Assembly (NCBI GenBank): GCA_043228905.1
Contig: JBHGNT010000008.1
Span: 10,044,001 to 10,108,000 of the forward strand
Direction of reading: 5' to 3'
Source of the DNA: Azolla caroliniana
Taxonomy: Eukaryota > Plantae > Polypodiophyta
DNA: 64,000 bases
Made by a program: the position numbers and the translations under genes. The notes under the pieces are model-generated. The model was not told where the DNA came from, did no database searches, and saw only the letters and a program-made list of their open reading frames with translations. Positions 12,592 to 25,299 of this stretch are shown one piece after another (the first letter of the stretch is position 1; every line of letters begins with the position of its first letter).

Positions 12592-13682
12592 CAAGTACTA
12601 ACCAGTAAGGCAAGAATTTGATAGGTGTCATGCCCGTCGAAGGCCATTTTGCCCATAAAAAACATACACATAATAAAAATGCCCGCCAAGTGACATATAA
12701 AGTTTAAATATCCATTTTTCATGCGAAAGGCCCCTACAAATTACGCATGTCAAATGACATGTTAAAATTCTATTTTCCATGTCATATATATTATATACAT
12801 ATACATATGTCAATTATTATATATATGAAGTATGTATTATAATATATTCATACTATATAAAAAAAATCCAAAAAATTATATACTTTTTATAACACGCTTA
12901 AAATAATATCATTATCATGTAATAATGGTATATATTCTCAAATATTTATTCTTAATTTCTTTAATAATAATATTAGTTGAAATTTGATTGAAATTTTAAA
13001 CAATAAACTTTATTAAATACATACTTTAAGAGTGTATAACTCTAGGTTTGATTTTAATGTTTTAAGTTTTAAGTTAAAACTAAAATTTTTTACTTACATA
13101 AAATTTCAAGTTAAAACTAAATTTTTACTACCTTTTTTTCATACTTATTAGTAAAAACATTAACATGATATTAATTTTATGTATTTCATTATCTTTGTTA
13201 GGTAGTTATGTTTATTTGTGCACTTTCTATAGTAATGAAATGTATAACAATGAAGCATCATATAGAACTTTCATTATTAAAACTGGTAAAGCATCATATA
13301 GAACTTTCATTATTAAAATTTGTATGTCAAATGACATGTTAGTTTTTGCACTCTTGTGTCATATGACATACATCTTTAAAAAATGCCCATCAAAAAACTT
13401 TTATACTAACCCGTCAAATTCAGGCCCTACTGACCAGTACTTGAATGCTCATAAATGAACTTCTGACACTAACTGCCTATTATATTCCTATTACTAAAAT
13501 AGGAATATAGGCTCCAAACGGTTTGTCGGGTCCCAGTTGATCCGGCCTCCAGCTTTTTTAGCTGATCTAGTATCAGACTTCTTTGGCCAACTCTATCCAG
13601 CTGATCTGACTATCAACTTCTTCGGCCAACTCAGCCTTTTAGCCTTTAGCTTATTCAACTCATGTTGAGCTTATCACCAATA
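12592..13682 (-). repeat. Remnant of a minus-strand Copia LTR interrupted by the hAT MITE and apparently by element A
   Basis: With the MITE removed, the sequence resembles the reverse complement of 13855-13905. It ends TGTTGAGCTTATCACCAATA, like the other Copia LTR ends (TGTTGAGCTTGATTCTCAACA). Confidence 0.6.
12606..13429. mobile_element. Non-autonomous hAT-type DNA transposon (MITE)
   Basis: Imperfect TIRs TAAGGCAAGAATTTGATAGGT / TAGGGCCTGAATTTGACGGGT; 8-bp TSD CTAACCAG / CTGACCAG; AT-rich non-coding interior. Confidence 0.8.
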
Positions 13683-13729
13683 GGAAGGTCCACATGTACA
13701 CAAATATATGTAAATATGAAAATGTATAT

Positions 13730-15318
13730 TGTTGACATACAAGCTCAACATTGGGTGCGTAAACGGGTGCGTAACCTAGTGCGTAGACTGGCTGCATAAA
13801 ACCATACACACAAAGGCCATTAGAGCATTATTCCTCGTAAGGAATAATTTTGGGAGTTAGTATAGGAAGCTCATAAATGAGCATTGAAGTATGTGTCAGT
13901 ACTCCAACAATACTTCTGTCTGTCCATAAGGACTTGTATAAAAAGCATCGATTGAGCGCATCTTGTATAGTGACTAAGAGTTATTTTTAAATCTAAGTTT
14001 TGTGTGTTCTACTCACTCTCTCTCTCATTCTCTAACTCTCCTCCATATGTTGTGTTGTGTTCAAAGGTTTCCATTAAACCTTCTCTTCATCATCTGTGTT
14101 ACACGGTTGTGTCTGTTCCACTTCCACACACACACTATTCTTTTACATGGTATCATAGCGCGAGGGTTGAAATCCTCTGCAGCCGACAAATAGGCAAACA
14201 TCACCGTGAAGAACTGAAGTGAAATAAGAATGGATAGAGGGATGGCTAGCTCGTTTCCTACAGAGAAGCTGGACAGAAGTAACTATGCATCTTGGTCGTA
14301 CAAGATGCACCAATACCTGTTTGTGCATGGGTACTAGAGCTATGTCGATATAGCTAACGACAAAGCACCCGAATCGACACACAGAGACTTCCCGACCTGG
14401 GAACAGGCAGCAAGTAGAGTTCTATACTGCCTTGCATCTTGTGTGAGCGACCAGCTCTTGAGCTACATTCGGGATGCCAACACGCCAAAGGACGCGTGGA
14501 CGAATCTCAAGAGGATTTTCACCACGAGCACAACGGCCAGGAAGCTGCAGCTCAGATAGGAGCTCAACAATGTCCAATAGAAAGATCTATTTGTGGCCGA
14601 TTACACGGCCCGAATCAAGAAAATCTACGATTCTCTCGCCTCCGTCGACGTGGACGTTGAGGAAGATGAAATGGTGTAGGTGTGCCTTGGAGGGCTAACG
14701 TCCAAGTTCGGAGCTTTCCGAACAACGGTCTGCACAAGGGAGAATACGCCATCGTTCTTCGAGCTTCAATAGATGTTGCTCATAGAGGAAAATCACGCAG
14801 GTGCATCGACGAGTATGCACGCCGACAACAAAATGTTGTACACGGAGGAAGATAGGCCCTGTGATCGTGGCGGACGTGGCGGACATGGCGGATTGGCACA
14901 CAATGGAGGCGCCCGAAAAGAGCAGAATGTGGAGCATAATCAAAATGTCAGAAGCAGTTCCGAACCCTTCAGAACCAGGGGGAGTCATGGCAGCGCTGGA
15001 AACTGGCAAGAGAATGTTGTGACGGATTACTGGTACTGTGCCAAGAATGGACATAGGGAGAGGAAGTGCGGGAAGAAACGAGCCAATTCTGACAAAGGTG
15101 GATCGAGCCGAAGAGACGTAGAGAGGCGTCAAAGGCCACACTACGCGAAAGGCTCCGAACGAGCCAGAAATGGATCGGGCCCAGCCTTCGTAATGAAGCA
15201 CAAGGCTAATTCAATGGCCGTGAACACCTCGAGGACAAATGAGGTGTGTATGTTGACTCCGGAGCGTCAAATCATATGACGAGTCACAAGGAATGGTTCT
15301 CGTACTTGGAGAAACTAG
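13730..15318 (+). mobile_element. Copia element, 5' part (LTR 13730-14147, PBS, decayed gag to start of PR), interrupted at 15319
   Basis: LTR TGTTGAC...TTTTACA; PBS TGGTATCATAGC at 14148-14159; gag homologous to that at 7739-8437 with knuckle remnant WYCAKNGH. Confidence 0.88.
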
Positions 15319-15947
15319 TGTCGTGAAGTTTCCAGCACATAGTGAGAAATCGGGAGATATTGGAGGGATCGGCGAGGTGCACCGTGTGCACCCATCCTTG
15401 TAAAATCGTGTGAATAGTAGGATTCAAGTCGGGACAGAGAATCCCATGTAAGTTGGGATTTATCCCACATTGTAACGCATCCCTCTCCTTGTTCTATAAA
15501 AGGAGGGGATTGTTCCTTGTAGAAGGGTTGCCCATTTTGAGTCGTAAGGGTATACCATTTGTGTTTCTTTCTAGGTTAGCTTCTCTTCTTTTGTGCGTAG
15601 CCGGCTTGGGACCGTGGTTGTATCTTCCCCTTTTTTTTGAGGTTTGCTTCTGCTCGGTCCTGTGCAAGACCCCGCTCGGCGCCACAGCCCATGAGCTCCC
15701 CGACCGACGGCTCGGCAACCGACAACAGTTGTAACCTACCTTAGTCCGGCTAGAAGCCGGATTTGTATTATTTCCCTTGTAATATACACATTTGCGTTTG
15801 TTTGTGCATATCGGTGTACTTGGTGGTGTCGAGCGCACAGCTCCTTTGCTTCCTATGCAAAGGAGTCGATGTCACGCGCACGCTCTCTCTCTCTCTCCCT
15901 CTCTCTCGTACGGTTGCTTCCGGAACGCGCCCGGAATCGTCTTCTTG

Positions 15948-18596
15948 TGTAAAGAATCAAGAGATAGATTCTTGTGAAGCGGAATAGGTGTGAACTATGT
16001 GTGTGTGTGTGAGATAGAGATAGAGATAGAGAGACAGAGTATACACAAGGTTAAATATATTAGCAAAGGAGAAAAGACTCAACATTCTACAAGGTGGGAG
16101 GAGGGTGCTTTATGTAGTCACCCTCTCTCTTCATTAACTACAAGCCTCATGGAGCATGGGGAATGTGAAAGCTCATAAGTTATGTGTCATAGAATATGAT
16201 TCTATGACTCATACTAAATGCTAGAATACAAAGTGGTGAAATAATGGTGACTCTTGACCGTTGGAGTGTCTCTTCACTCTCAAGGTGAGTTCACACACTA
16301 GACCAATTTGAGCTTGATTCTCAACACACCCCCTCAAGCTCAAGTCGGGTCGGTTTCAGACTGTATCCGAAATCCGCTTCAACTCGCATTCTGGAGTCCC
16401 TGTCAACTCGTGTTGACTCGCATGTATGCGGAGTTGCAGAATCCGTGCTCCAGCTTGCGTTGTGCATAGTTGCAAAGTTTGTGCTTCGGCTTGCATCTTT
16501 CTTCGTGGCTTTGTTGCGTGGTTGCGGAATCCACGCGTTATTGCGTATTGTCTTCAGTACTCCCCCTCAAGCTTGGCAGGTCAGGGATCGTCAATCCGAG
16601 ATCGGTCATGAATTGCCATAGCTTGTCGGCTCTAAAGGCTTTAGTGAAGATGTCAGTCGTTTGAAGATTGGTGCTAATGTGTTGTAGGTCGACATCGCCA
16701 GCTAGAATGCACTCTCGGATGAAGTGATAGTGCACTTCGATGTGCTTTGTCTACGCGTGGAACACCGGGTTCCGAGCCAGATAAATACTGCTCATGTTGT
16801 CGCAATAAAGGGGAGTCGGATCCTTGATGGGAATGCCCAAATCCTTCAAAATCCTCTTAAGCCATACGGCTTCACATGCAGCTATGGCTGCGCCCCTATA
16901 TTCCGCCTCCGTACTTGAAAGAGCGACGGTAGGCTGCATCTTGCTACTCCAGGATATTGCTCCGCTGCCGAGGGAGAAAACAAATCCAGAGGTTGATCTT
17001 CTATCGGCTTTGTACCCGGCTCAATCGGCATCTGTGTACCCCTCGAGTTGTATTGGCATTTCGGTCTTGTAGAGGATGCCGCAATCCATTGTGCCGCTCA
17101 CGTATGGTAGAACTCGCTTAGAGCAATCCAAGTGAGTATCACGCGGTGTTTGCATGAATTGGCTAAGGAGACCGACCGGATAACTAAGATCAGGTCGAGT
17201 GATCGTGAGGTAGATGAGACTCCCGATGAGTTGCCGATACTGAGTCGGCTCACACGCTTTGGTGCCGGAGTTCGCATCTAGTTTGAGATTACAATCGAGC
17301 GGGGTTGCCACGGATTTGCACTTAGCCATCCCGAACTTGTGTAACAAGTTGAGGATGTAGTGCCGTTGAGAGATCATGATTCCAGCTGGAGTCCGAATTA
17401 CCTCGATGCCGAGGAAGTAGTGGAGCTCCTTCATGTCCGTCATCTCGAACTTGTCGGAAAGGAGGGATTTGACCTTAGTGATTTCGACGAGATGCTCACC
17501 TCCAATGACTAGGTCATCCACATATAAGATGATGATGATCGGACTTGCGGAATTGCTTCGTATGTAGAGGGAGTTGTCCGATTTTGACATACGGAAGCCG
17601 ATTTGATGAAGATATTGCGTTATCTTCGAATGCCAAGCACGCGGTGCTTGCTTGAGGCCGTAGAATGGCTTCTTGAGTCGGCATACGGCTTTTGGATGAG
17701 TGCTCGAGTTAAAGCCGGGTGGTTGGATCATGTACACCTCCGCTTCTAATTCGCCTTGTAGAAAGGCGTTCTTGACGTCTATTTGATGGAGGTGCCACCC
17801 ATTCGCCGCGGCAATCGCAATTACGGTCCGTACCATCGTCATCTTTGCCACCGGGGCAAAGGTCTCTTCGGAGTCGACGCCATGCGTCTGAGCGTATCCG
17901 GGAGCCGCTTCGGCGGGTCGGTCTTCATGCGCTCCTTTGATGTAGCTCCAATAGCCTTGTCGGACAAGGTATTGGTGCATCTTGTACTCCCAAGATGCGA
18001 AGTTGTTTCAATCCAACTTCTCGGTAGGGAGAGCGCTCCCCATTTGAGTATTCATTATGTCGATTCTTCTTCTTCTTCTTCTTCTTCTCTCTTGAATGCG
18101 AGCTATGTAGCGAAGCTACGATAGCGATGAGCCGGTTCTTGGTCGTCGGCTTGGAGCACAACCCACGATCACGATGAGGCGAATGGGCCAGATCGAGCTA
18201 CCAAATCGCTCTGATACCATGTAAAGAATCAAGAGATAGATTCTTGTGAAGCGGAATAAGTGTGAACTATGTGTGTGTGTGTGAGATAGAGAGAGAGAGA
18301 GAGAGAGAGTATACGCAAGGTTAAATATATTAGCAAAGGAGAAAAGACTCAACATTCTACAAGGTGGGAGGAGGGTGCTTTATGTAGTCACCCTCTCTCT
18401 TCATTAACTACAAGCCTCATGGAGCATGGGGAATGTGAAAGCTCATAAGTTATGTGTCATAGAATATGATTCTATGACTCATACTAAATGCTAGAATACA
18501 AAGTGGTGACATAATGGTGACTCTTGACCGTTGGAGTGTCTCTTCACTCTCAAAGTGAGTTCACGCACTAGACCAAGTTGAGCTTGATTCTCAACA
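15948..18596 (-). mobile_element. Internally deleted Ty1/Copia inserted in the C1 LTR
   Basis: LTRs at 15948-16326 and 18220-18596, TSD TCTTG, iMet PBS at 18208-18219; only the gag start, RT and RH remain. Confidence 0.95.
17021..17980 (-). pseudogene. In-frame Gag N-terminus / RT fusion created by deletion
   Basis: MHQYLVRQGYWSYIKG (gag) joined to GYAQTHGVD...YVDDL (RT); RH downstream has stops. Confidence 0.88.
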
Positions 18597-21368
18597 TCTT
18601 GGCTTCCCTTCTTCCCTCATCTGAGACCCCCGTGGTCCCGCCCTTCTACACACACACACGTAACAACACAATAGATTTGGTGAACCTGACGTGAAAGGCG
18701 GCAAGGGAGAATGGAGTTGGAAGAAGACGACTTCACACAACTTTTTGTCGAAGCGGTGAGGGAGTTTGGACGAGCGACAGCAAGACGAGAGTCGGCGTAG
18801 CAAGCGGTTGAGCGAGTGGTCGAAAGAGTCGACTGTTTCAATGGGGACAAAGTCCCATTCTACTTGGAAGCCTACAACGCAGATATGGAGGAGCGAGACG
18901 TAGACAAGGCATTGAGGCTGGAGTTCTTCTGTCGGGTCATCGTCATCTGTCTGCACGCGGAAGTGATGGAGCTCCGAGAAGCTCATAGTTCGTGGGAGGC
19001 CTTCGAAGAAGCGCTCCTGCAGGCATATGGAGGACGGCGGAAGAGCCGGGGACAACGCGGCTTCGACCAGTGGGTAGCATCGGCAAAGACCCATCGGGCG
19101 CTACGAACGCATTCCGAGAGTTCGAGCAATGGCTTGCTCGACTGCCGGAGCGGGAACAAGGTCTGGTGGGGGCGGACAAGGTCCTATTGTTCATTAAGTC
19201 GATCAACCGAGCGGAACGGGAGGCCATCAGGATTGAGCTCGCAGACGAGGACGGAGCGAATGGCCTCACCGAGGATTGGTTGAAGGTCGGAAGGGTATGC
19301 CAAAGGCTAGATGACGAGCGAGCCGAGAAGGCTAAGAGGAAGGCGCGCGATGGCGTGCCATCACAGCGGGAAGAGGCCGAACGACAAAGAGAGTCGGCAA
19401 GGCTCGGCTTCGGGGCCAGGATTGCGGAGGCGTATGCGGCTCTCGAGGCGATGCTGGAGGAAGAGGAAAGATCGAGGCCGCAAGCCGACGCCGAGGAGCC
19501 GAACTTGCCCCACGAGATGGCAGAAGACCGGTACCACGGTACCACGGGAGAGGGTGCGAAACAAAACGCCCTCTCGACGTGCGGAGATAGAACGGCCAAG
19601 GATGAGGCCGAGATACCGATCGCAGAATTGGAACATTGGGACCGGCGGTTTCGGGCGTGTCAACCTGAAACCCTAGACATTGGAGAAGCAAGCCCAGGCA
19701 AGGCTTGCGCAATTGGTAAGGAGACAACCACCAACCACGAAGAGCCGGTGGCTACGGACAAGGAGGGCGTAAAACGGACGAGCGATTCTTCGCATCTTCC
19801 CACACTTGCTCCCGAGACGATGGCAGTCGGGCCCCTGTGCCCACGCGAGTCCCTAGAGGAGGAAGGCAGCAGCGTGAGACTGAGAATCACTGGAGAGACG
19901 ATACGGGGAAAGAGCGGATGAAAGCCCTCGGACCCGATTCCGGAGAACTCGGCATTCGGGCCCTTATGCCCATGTGAGACCGAGGAGAAGGATGACGATA
20001 TCGAGGAGTCCTGGCACGATGCTAGCGAAGATGGATGGGAGATGGCCCGCGAAGAGTTCGACGAAAGGACCATAAAACGACCCGACCGGGGACCAACCTG
20101 CGCGGCACTCCGATTCGGGTGGGGCGCAATTTGGTCGTGGATTATTCGACCGGGGCCGGAATCGGCATGAAGGTGCCGATACGGGAGAGGGTGCGGAACA
20201 AGCCGCCCTCTTTTACATGGGGAGAAAGACTGACCGGGTGAAGGTCGGGAATCTGGAAGGAAGGTGATCAAGGGTTCAGAACGAGCCCGGCAAGGTCGGC
20301 ATCGGAGCTGAAACTCCAGACATTGGAGAATCAAGCCCAAGCGGGGCTTGATTGATCACAGAGCAGATGTTATCCACCGACACCGTTAAAAGGGGCGGTG
20401 GCCCAGACGAGTTGCCGAAAGACGTTACGAAAACGATTACCCCACATCTTGTCTGGAGACTTCGGCAGTTCAGCCGATGTGGCAATGTGAGACCGAAAGC
20501 GATGGAAGATGGTGGCAGGAGCATAGAGAGGAGAACGAAGACCGGTCCTATGGAGATCCTCACACCGATCCGGTTGTCGACCCGAGTGCCGGCGTGAGTC
20601 CTATAGGAGAGGTCAGCGGCGACAAGAACCCGACAATCCAGAGAATGACGGACGGACCCGGACGAGAACCGGGCAGAGCAGACTTCCGATCCGAGAGAGC
20701 AGAGAGGGCCGGCCTACGAAGAGGCCGGGAAGATCGGTACGTCGGTACCACGGGGGAGGGTTTGGAGCGAGCCACCCTCTCGACTTGCGGATATAGACGA
20801 CCTAGGATAAGGGTCTAGGATACAACAAGCCCAAGGAGGATCCTTCACGCTGGTTTCAGAGACTCCGGCGGTCGGCCAGAGAGCCGGCGTGAGACCTAGA
20901 GTGACGATCGGTGGCGGCGAGGCGATGAAGGCAAAGAACTGCGGTCAGGCGGTCTACGGAGATCCTCACACCGATACGGCTGTCCGCCCGAGTATCGACG
21001 TGAGTCCTATAGGAGACTTCGGCGGTCGGCAACAAGAGCCGGCGTGAGACCTGGAGGGAAGAACGGTGGCGGTGGCAACGCGGGCAAACCGAGGTCCCAC
21101 GAAGATCCTCACACAGATCTGGTGGTCGGCTCAAGAGCCGGCGTGAGTCCTATAGGAAAGGACGGTGGCAGCAGGTGAACGTGATCAGACGATGGAAAGC
21201 AGAGAAGGAAGGTATCAGGTCGGCGAGGCAGCTACTGTCAGGAACTCTATTAGGGCAGAGAAGGAATTAGTACTAAAAGAAGGATTAGTACTATTGTCGG
21301 GGAATAGTACTAAGACAGAGAAGGATTAGTACTATGAGAGGTGTCGAACTTTGAGAGAAGGAATGGAT

Positions 21369-21420
<52 letters not shown>

Positions 21421-21702
21421 TGATGCGAAAGGTATATGTATTATATGAAGGAAGATATACAACAGTAGTTAGAAGGCTTAAGACTGGCGTTGAACCGATT
21501 TGGTTCGAACTAATGCCTTGCGCCTCCTTTTATAGTGTCTTCAGGAATACTCCTGAAGTTTCTAGAATGTTCCAGAGAAATCTGGAATATACATCAATTT
21601 CCCAATAAAACCTAAATGAAAATAATATCCTTCAAATTACAATTTATAACCTAATGGTAAAGTCTCGACCCGTGTAACAAAAGGTTATGGGTTCGAGTCT
21701 AG

Positions 21703-24700
21703 TTATGACACTATCCCCCCTTTAAAACGACGAGTTCCACGAGTCGTTTTGGATTGAGGACCCGGTTTCTCGGGATATCGTTGATGGAAGTCTTCTAGAA
21801 GAGCACGAGCATTGGTCACATTCTCGATCGGTTCCCAAGTACGCTCGCTGGGACTATATCCTAGCCAATCGACTAGATAGTAGAGCTTGTTGCGAACAAT
21901 CTTGGAATCGAGGATGGCAGCGACCTCATACTCAGGTCCATCTTCGAGCTCGATAGGAGGTGGTGGTTGTATAGTACGTCCTGGGATAGTGCTCTCGTGA
22001 TAGGGTTCGAGGAGAGAACTATGAAACACCGGATGTATCCGAAGTTGCGGAGGTAGCTCGAGACGAAAAGCGACATCATTAATCTTCCCGATAATACGGA
22101 AAGGACCTAATCGCCGATAATCCAACTTCTCACATGGGCGAGTAGTCTTGATGTGTCGTCGTAGCAGCCACACCCGATCTCCAATGTTAAAACTGGATGG
22201 AAGTCGATGACGATCTGCGTAGTCCTTGTGTGATTGTTGAGCTTGCTGGAGTTGAGTAGATAAATCCGCTTGTATCTTGCGTAACCGCTCCAAACGATCC
22301 TCCGCGCAAGGATTTGTGGACACTTCTGGGGTTTCAAGGACACACCACCGGGGATGATATCCTGTATAAGCGTAGAATGGCGTGACTTTAGTCGATGCGT
22401 GGATAGCGTTATTATAGGCAAATTCGGCGAACTGAAGAATATCTGCCCAGTCATTCTGATGATAGTTGATAAAGCACCGCAGATACTGCTCCAGTGTTTG
22501 ATTTGTTCGTTCAGCTTGACCGTCGGTTTGTGGGTGGTAGCCGGAGGAGAGGTGACAAGTGACCTTCAGCATTTTAAAAAGGTGCTTCCAGAATTTTGAC
22601 ACAAACTGAGGTCCACGATCGCTGATGATATTATCAGGGAGTCCATGATGCCGACATACTTCCCGCATGACAATTTCGGCGGTGTCTTCACTAGATATTT
22701 CTTTAGTACATGGTAAGAAATGAGCCATCTTTGTATATCGATCCACCACTGTGAGAATCGCACTGAATCCCTTAGAGACTGGAAGATCTGTAATGAAGTC
22801 AAGAGCAATGGATTGCCATGGCTTGCTTGGAATTGGTAATGGTTCTAATAAACCATATGGATGATGTCTTGGCATTTTCGCTCTGCAGCATGTATCGCAA
22901 GTCCGAACAAAATCTTCGACAAATTGTCGCATACGGGGCCACCAGAATGATCGTTGTACTAAATCTAATGTTTTAGTACTACCAAAATGTCCTGCTGTAT
23001 ATGTGTCATGGCAGTTTTGTACTACTCGAAGGCGGCAAGAACCATTAGGAACATACAAAAGTTCTTTAAAGAAGAGTAATCCATCACAGTATTTGAATTG
23101 CCGATAATCCGTACCTGGTGATTGTGATTGTGAACATGACGCTCGAGAGGGGTCAATTTGTGCTAGTATAGCTTGGGCGAAAGCGTCAGTCTTCAAGTCC
23201 TCACGTATAGTATTGGTAATGTCGGAATCCACGGGCATGTCAAAGACCTGTGCTGCTTGCAGTCGTGCTGGACCCAAGATTACTTGCTTCTGGTTATCGA
23301 AAGCTGGCTCACCGGGACGTGGTGTTAGATACGAACGCCGTGATAATGCATCTGCCTTCCCTTGGTGCTTCCCCGGACGATATGTAATTTTGAAGTCGAA
23401 GCGTGTGAGGAAGTGGGCCCACCGAGCTTGACGTCGATTCAGTACACGAGCATCTTGAAAGTAGGCAAGGTTCTTGTGGTCACTGAATACAGTGACCTGA
23501 TGAGGAGATCCCTCCAGGAAATGCCTCCATTGCATAAAAGAATCAACTATTGCTAACAGCTCTTTATCATGAATTTCGTAGTTGATTTCGGCGGCGTCAA
23601 ACTTACGGGAGTGGAAAGCCACAGGATGTAGCTTCTCGTCGTTACCCTGTTGTGACAGAATGCTCCCCAATGCGAAATCCGATGCGTCAGCTTCGATAAT
23701 GAATGGTTTTTCCGGATCCACATGACCTAAAATTGGAGCTGATGTAAACGCCTTCTTAAGACTCTCGAAAGCCATGTCCGTCTCTTTAGACCAAAGGAAT
23801 GATTGTCCCTTCCTGGTGAGCTGTGTGAGAGGCAGCACAATTTTTGAGTAATTTTGTATGAACTTCCGGTAAAAATTTGCAAAGCCTAGGAAGCATTGCA
23901 CATCCCGCACCGAACGCGGAGTGTGCCATTCTATCACCGTTTTGACCTTGGCTGGGTCCATAGATATGCCTTCTGAGGAGATGACATAGCCGAGAAACTC
24001 CACTTGGTTGCACCCGAAACTACATTTCTCTAACTTTGCATACAGACCATGTTCTCGAAGTCGTTTTAGTACTAATAGTACATGAGAATCATGTTCTTCT
24101 TGGGTCTTTGAATAAACCAGTAGATCATCCAAATAGATGATCAAAAAATCATCCAAGAGATCTCGAAATATATCATTCGCCATGTGCTGGAAGACTGCCG
24201 GCGCATTAGTGAGTCCGAACGGCATGACCGTATACTCGAAGTGCCCATATCTGGTGCGAAACGCGGTCTTCCATTCATCTCCTGGTCGGATCCGTACGAG
24301 GTTATAGGCTCCTCGTAAGTCGATCTTCGTGAAGAACCTGGCACCGTTGATCCGTTCTAAAAGACTTGAGATAAGGGGAAGAGCATACCTATTTCTTACT
24401 GTGACCTTATTCAAGCCACGGTAATCTACAACGAGTCGAAGCGAGCCATCTTTTTTCTTGACGAAGAAAATGGGTGCGCCGGCTGGAGATTTCGAATGCC
24501 GAATGAAACCGTTCTCCAAATTCTCCTCTATATAGGCTCGAAGGACTTCTAGCTCGGTTGGTGACAAATTGTAGATCGGCCCCCATGGCGGCTCTTTTCC
24601 CGGTTGTAAGTCGATGGCGCAATCGTACGGCCGATGATGAGGAAGTGTGTTGGCTTGTACTTTATCGAACACATCAGCATACTGACGATACTTCTCGGGA

Positions 24701-25299
24701 AGTTGAACGGTGGACTCCTCTTTGGTGGTACTGGAGGGTTGTACTGATATTGCGAAGAGAAACATTTCCTCCTTGCGCCCTTCCTCACGCAACTGACGTA
24801 GCGAAATGGTTGCAACCTTCTGGGTAGATCCTTGGGTTTGTCGCAACCGGATTTCCCTTGTCCTCCAATCTATGTCTGGGTTATGTAACTCGAACCATGG
24901 TAATCCTAAAACTATGGGATGTTCTGGAATACTAATAATATTAAATGATACTACACATGTTAAGTTATCTAGGACAATATTAACGGGTTCCGACTCTTCT
25001 ATGATATTACCAGAAGCAATGGGACGACCATCAATGACTACTACTGAGGCTGGACATGGGAGCTTTCTGAGAGATATCTGATGAGCTCGGGCAAAATTCC
25101 TATCCATGAAGCAAGAATTAGCTCCGGAATCTAGAAGGGCTAAGGTATGTACTGGAGGGGTACTTTTAGTACTAACTGCTACTTGGGCTACGAACACATC
25201 ACTAACTTGCTTAGAGGGAATGGAACCACTAATGGGCTGCACAGATCTAGGGCTGTCCAACCAAACGGCTCCTATTTTGGCTGGACTTAGTCGTTTAAC
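21703..25299 (-). CDS. pol: Pol (PR-RT-RH-INT-chromodomain), probably expressed by -1 frameshift
   Basis: 1185-aa ORF with no ATG start: LLDSGA, YLDDL, DASDFA, HHCC, SDRGPQF, EYEVAAILDS...YLVDWLGY...TWEP. Confidence 0.96.
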   Translation of the reverse strand, partial: VKRLSPAKIGAVWLDSPRSVQPISGSIPSKQVSDVFVAQVAVSTKSTPPVHTLALLDSGANSCFMDRNFARAHQISLRKLPCPASVVVIDGRPIASGNIIEESEPVNIVLDNLTCVVSFNIISIPEHPIVLGLPWFELHNPDIDWRTREIRLRQTQGSTQKVATISLRQLREEGRKEEMFLFAISVQPSSTTKEESTVQLPEKYRQYADVFDKVQANTLPHHRPYDCAIDLQPGKEPPWGPIYNLSPTELEVLRAYIEENLENGFIRHSKSPAGAPIFFVKKKDGSLRLVVDYRGLNKVTVRNRYALPLISSLLERINGARFFTKIDLRGAYNLVRIRPGDEWKTAFRTRYGHFEYTVMPFGLTNAPAVFQHMANDIFRDLLDDFLIIYLDDLLVYSKTQEEHDSHVLLVLKRLREHGLYAKLEKCSFGCNQVEFLGYVISSEGISMDPAKVKTVIEWHTPRSVRDVQCFLGFANFYRKFIQNYSKIVLPLTQLTRKGQSFLWSKETDMAFESLKKAFTSAPILGHVDPEKPFIIEADASDFALGSILSQQGNDEKLHPVAFHSRKFDAAEINYEIHDKELLAIVDSFMQWRHFLEGSPHQVTVFSDHKNLAYFQDARVLNRRQARWAHFLTRFDFKITYRPGKHQGKADALSRRSYLTPRPGEPAFDNQKQVILGPARLQAAQVFDMPVDSDITNTIREDLKTDAFAQAILAQIDPSRASCSQSQSPGTDYRQFKYCDGLLFFKELLYVPNGSCRLRVVQNCHDTYTAGHFGSTKTLDLVQRSFWWPRMRQFVEDFVRTCDTCCRAKMPRHHPYGLLEPLPIPSKPWQSIALDFITDLPVSKGFSAILTVVDRYTKMAHFLPCTKEISSEDTAEIVMREVCRHHGLPDNIISDRGPQFVSKFWKHLFKMLKVTCHLSSGYHPQTDGQAERTNQTLEQYLRCFINYHQNDWADILQFAEFAYNNAIHASTKVTPFYAYTGYHPRWCVLETPEVSTNPCAEDRLERLRKIQADLSTQLQQAQQSHKDYADRHRLPSSFNIGDRVWLLRRHIKTTRPCEKLDYRRLGPFRIIGKINDVAFRLELPPQLRIHPVFHSSLLEPYHESTIPGRTIQPPPPIELEDGPEYEVAAILDSKIVRNKLYYLVDWLGYSPSERTWEPIENVTNARALLEDFHQRYPEKPGPQSKTTRGTRRFKGGIVS

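Noticed and set aside
13165-13458. 97-aa ORF as a host gene
   Set aside because: Lies in the AT-rich MITE, includes a short tandem duplication, and has no domain features.
21373-21416. (GA)n microsatellites, also at 26694-26739 and in other LTRs
   Set aside because: Ordinary LTR leader tracts, not independent features.
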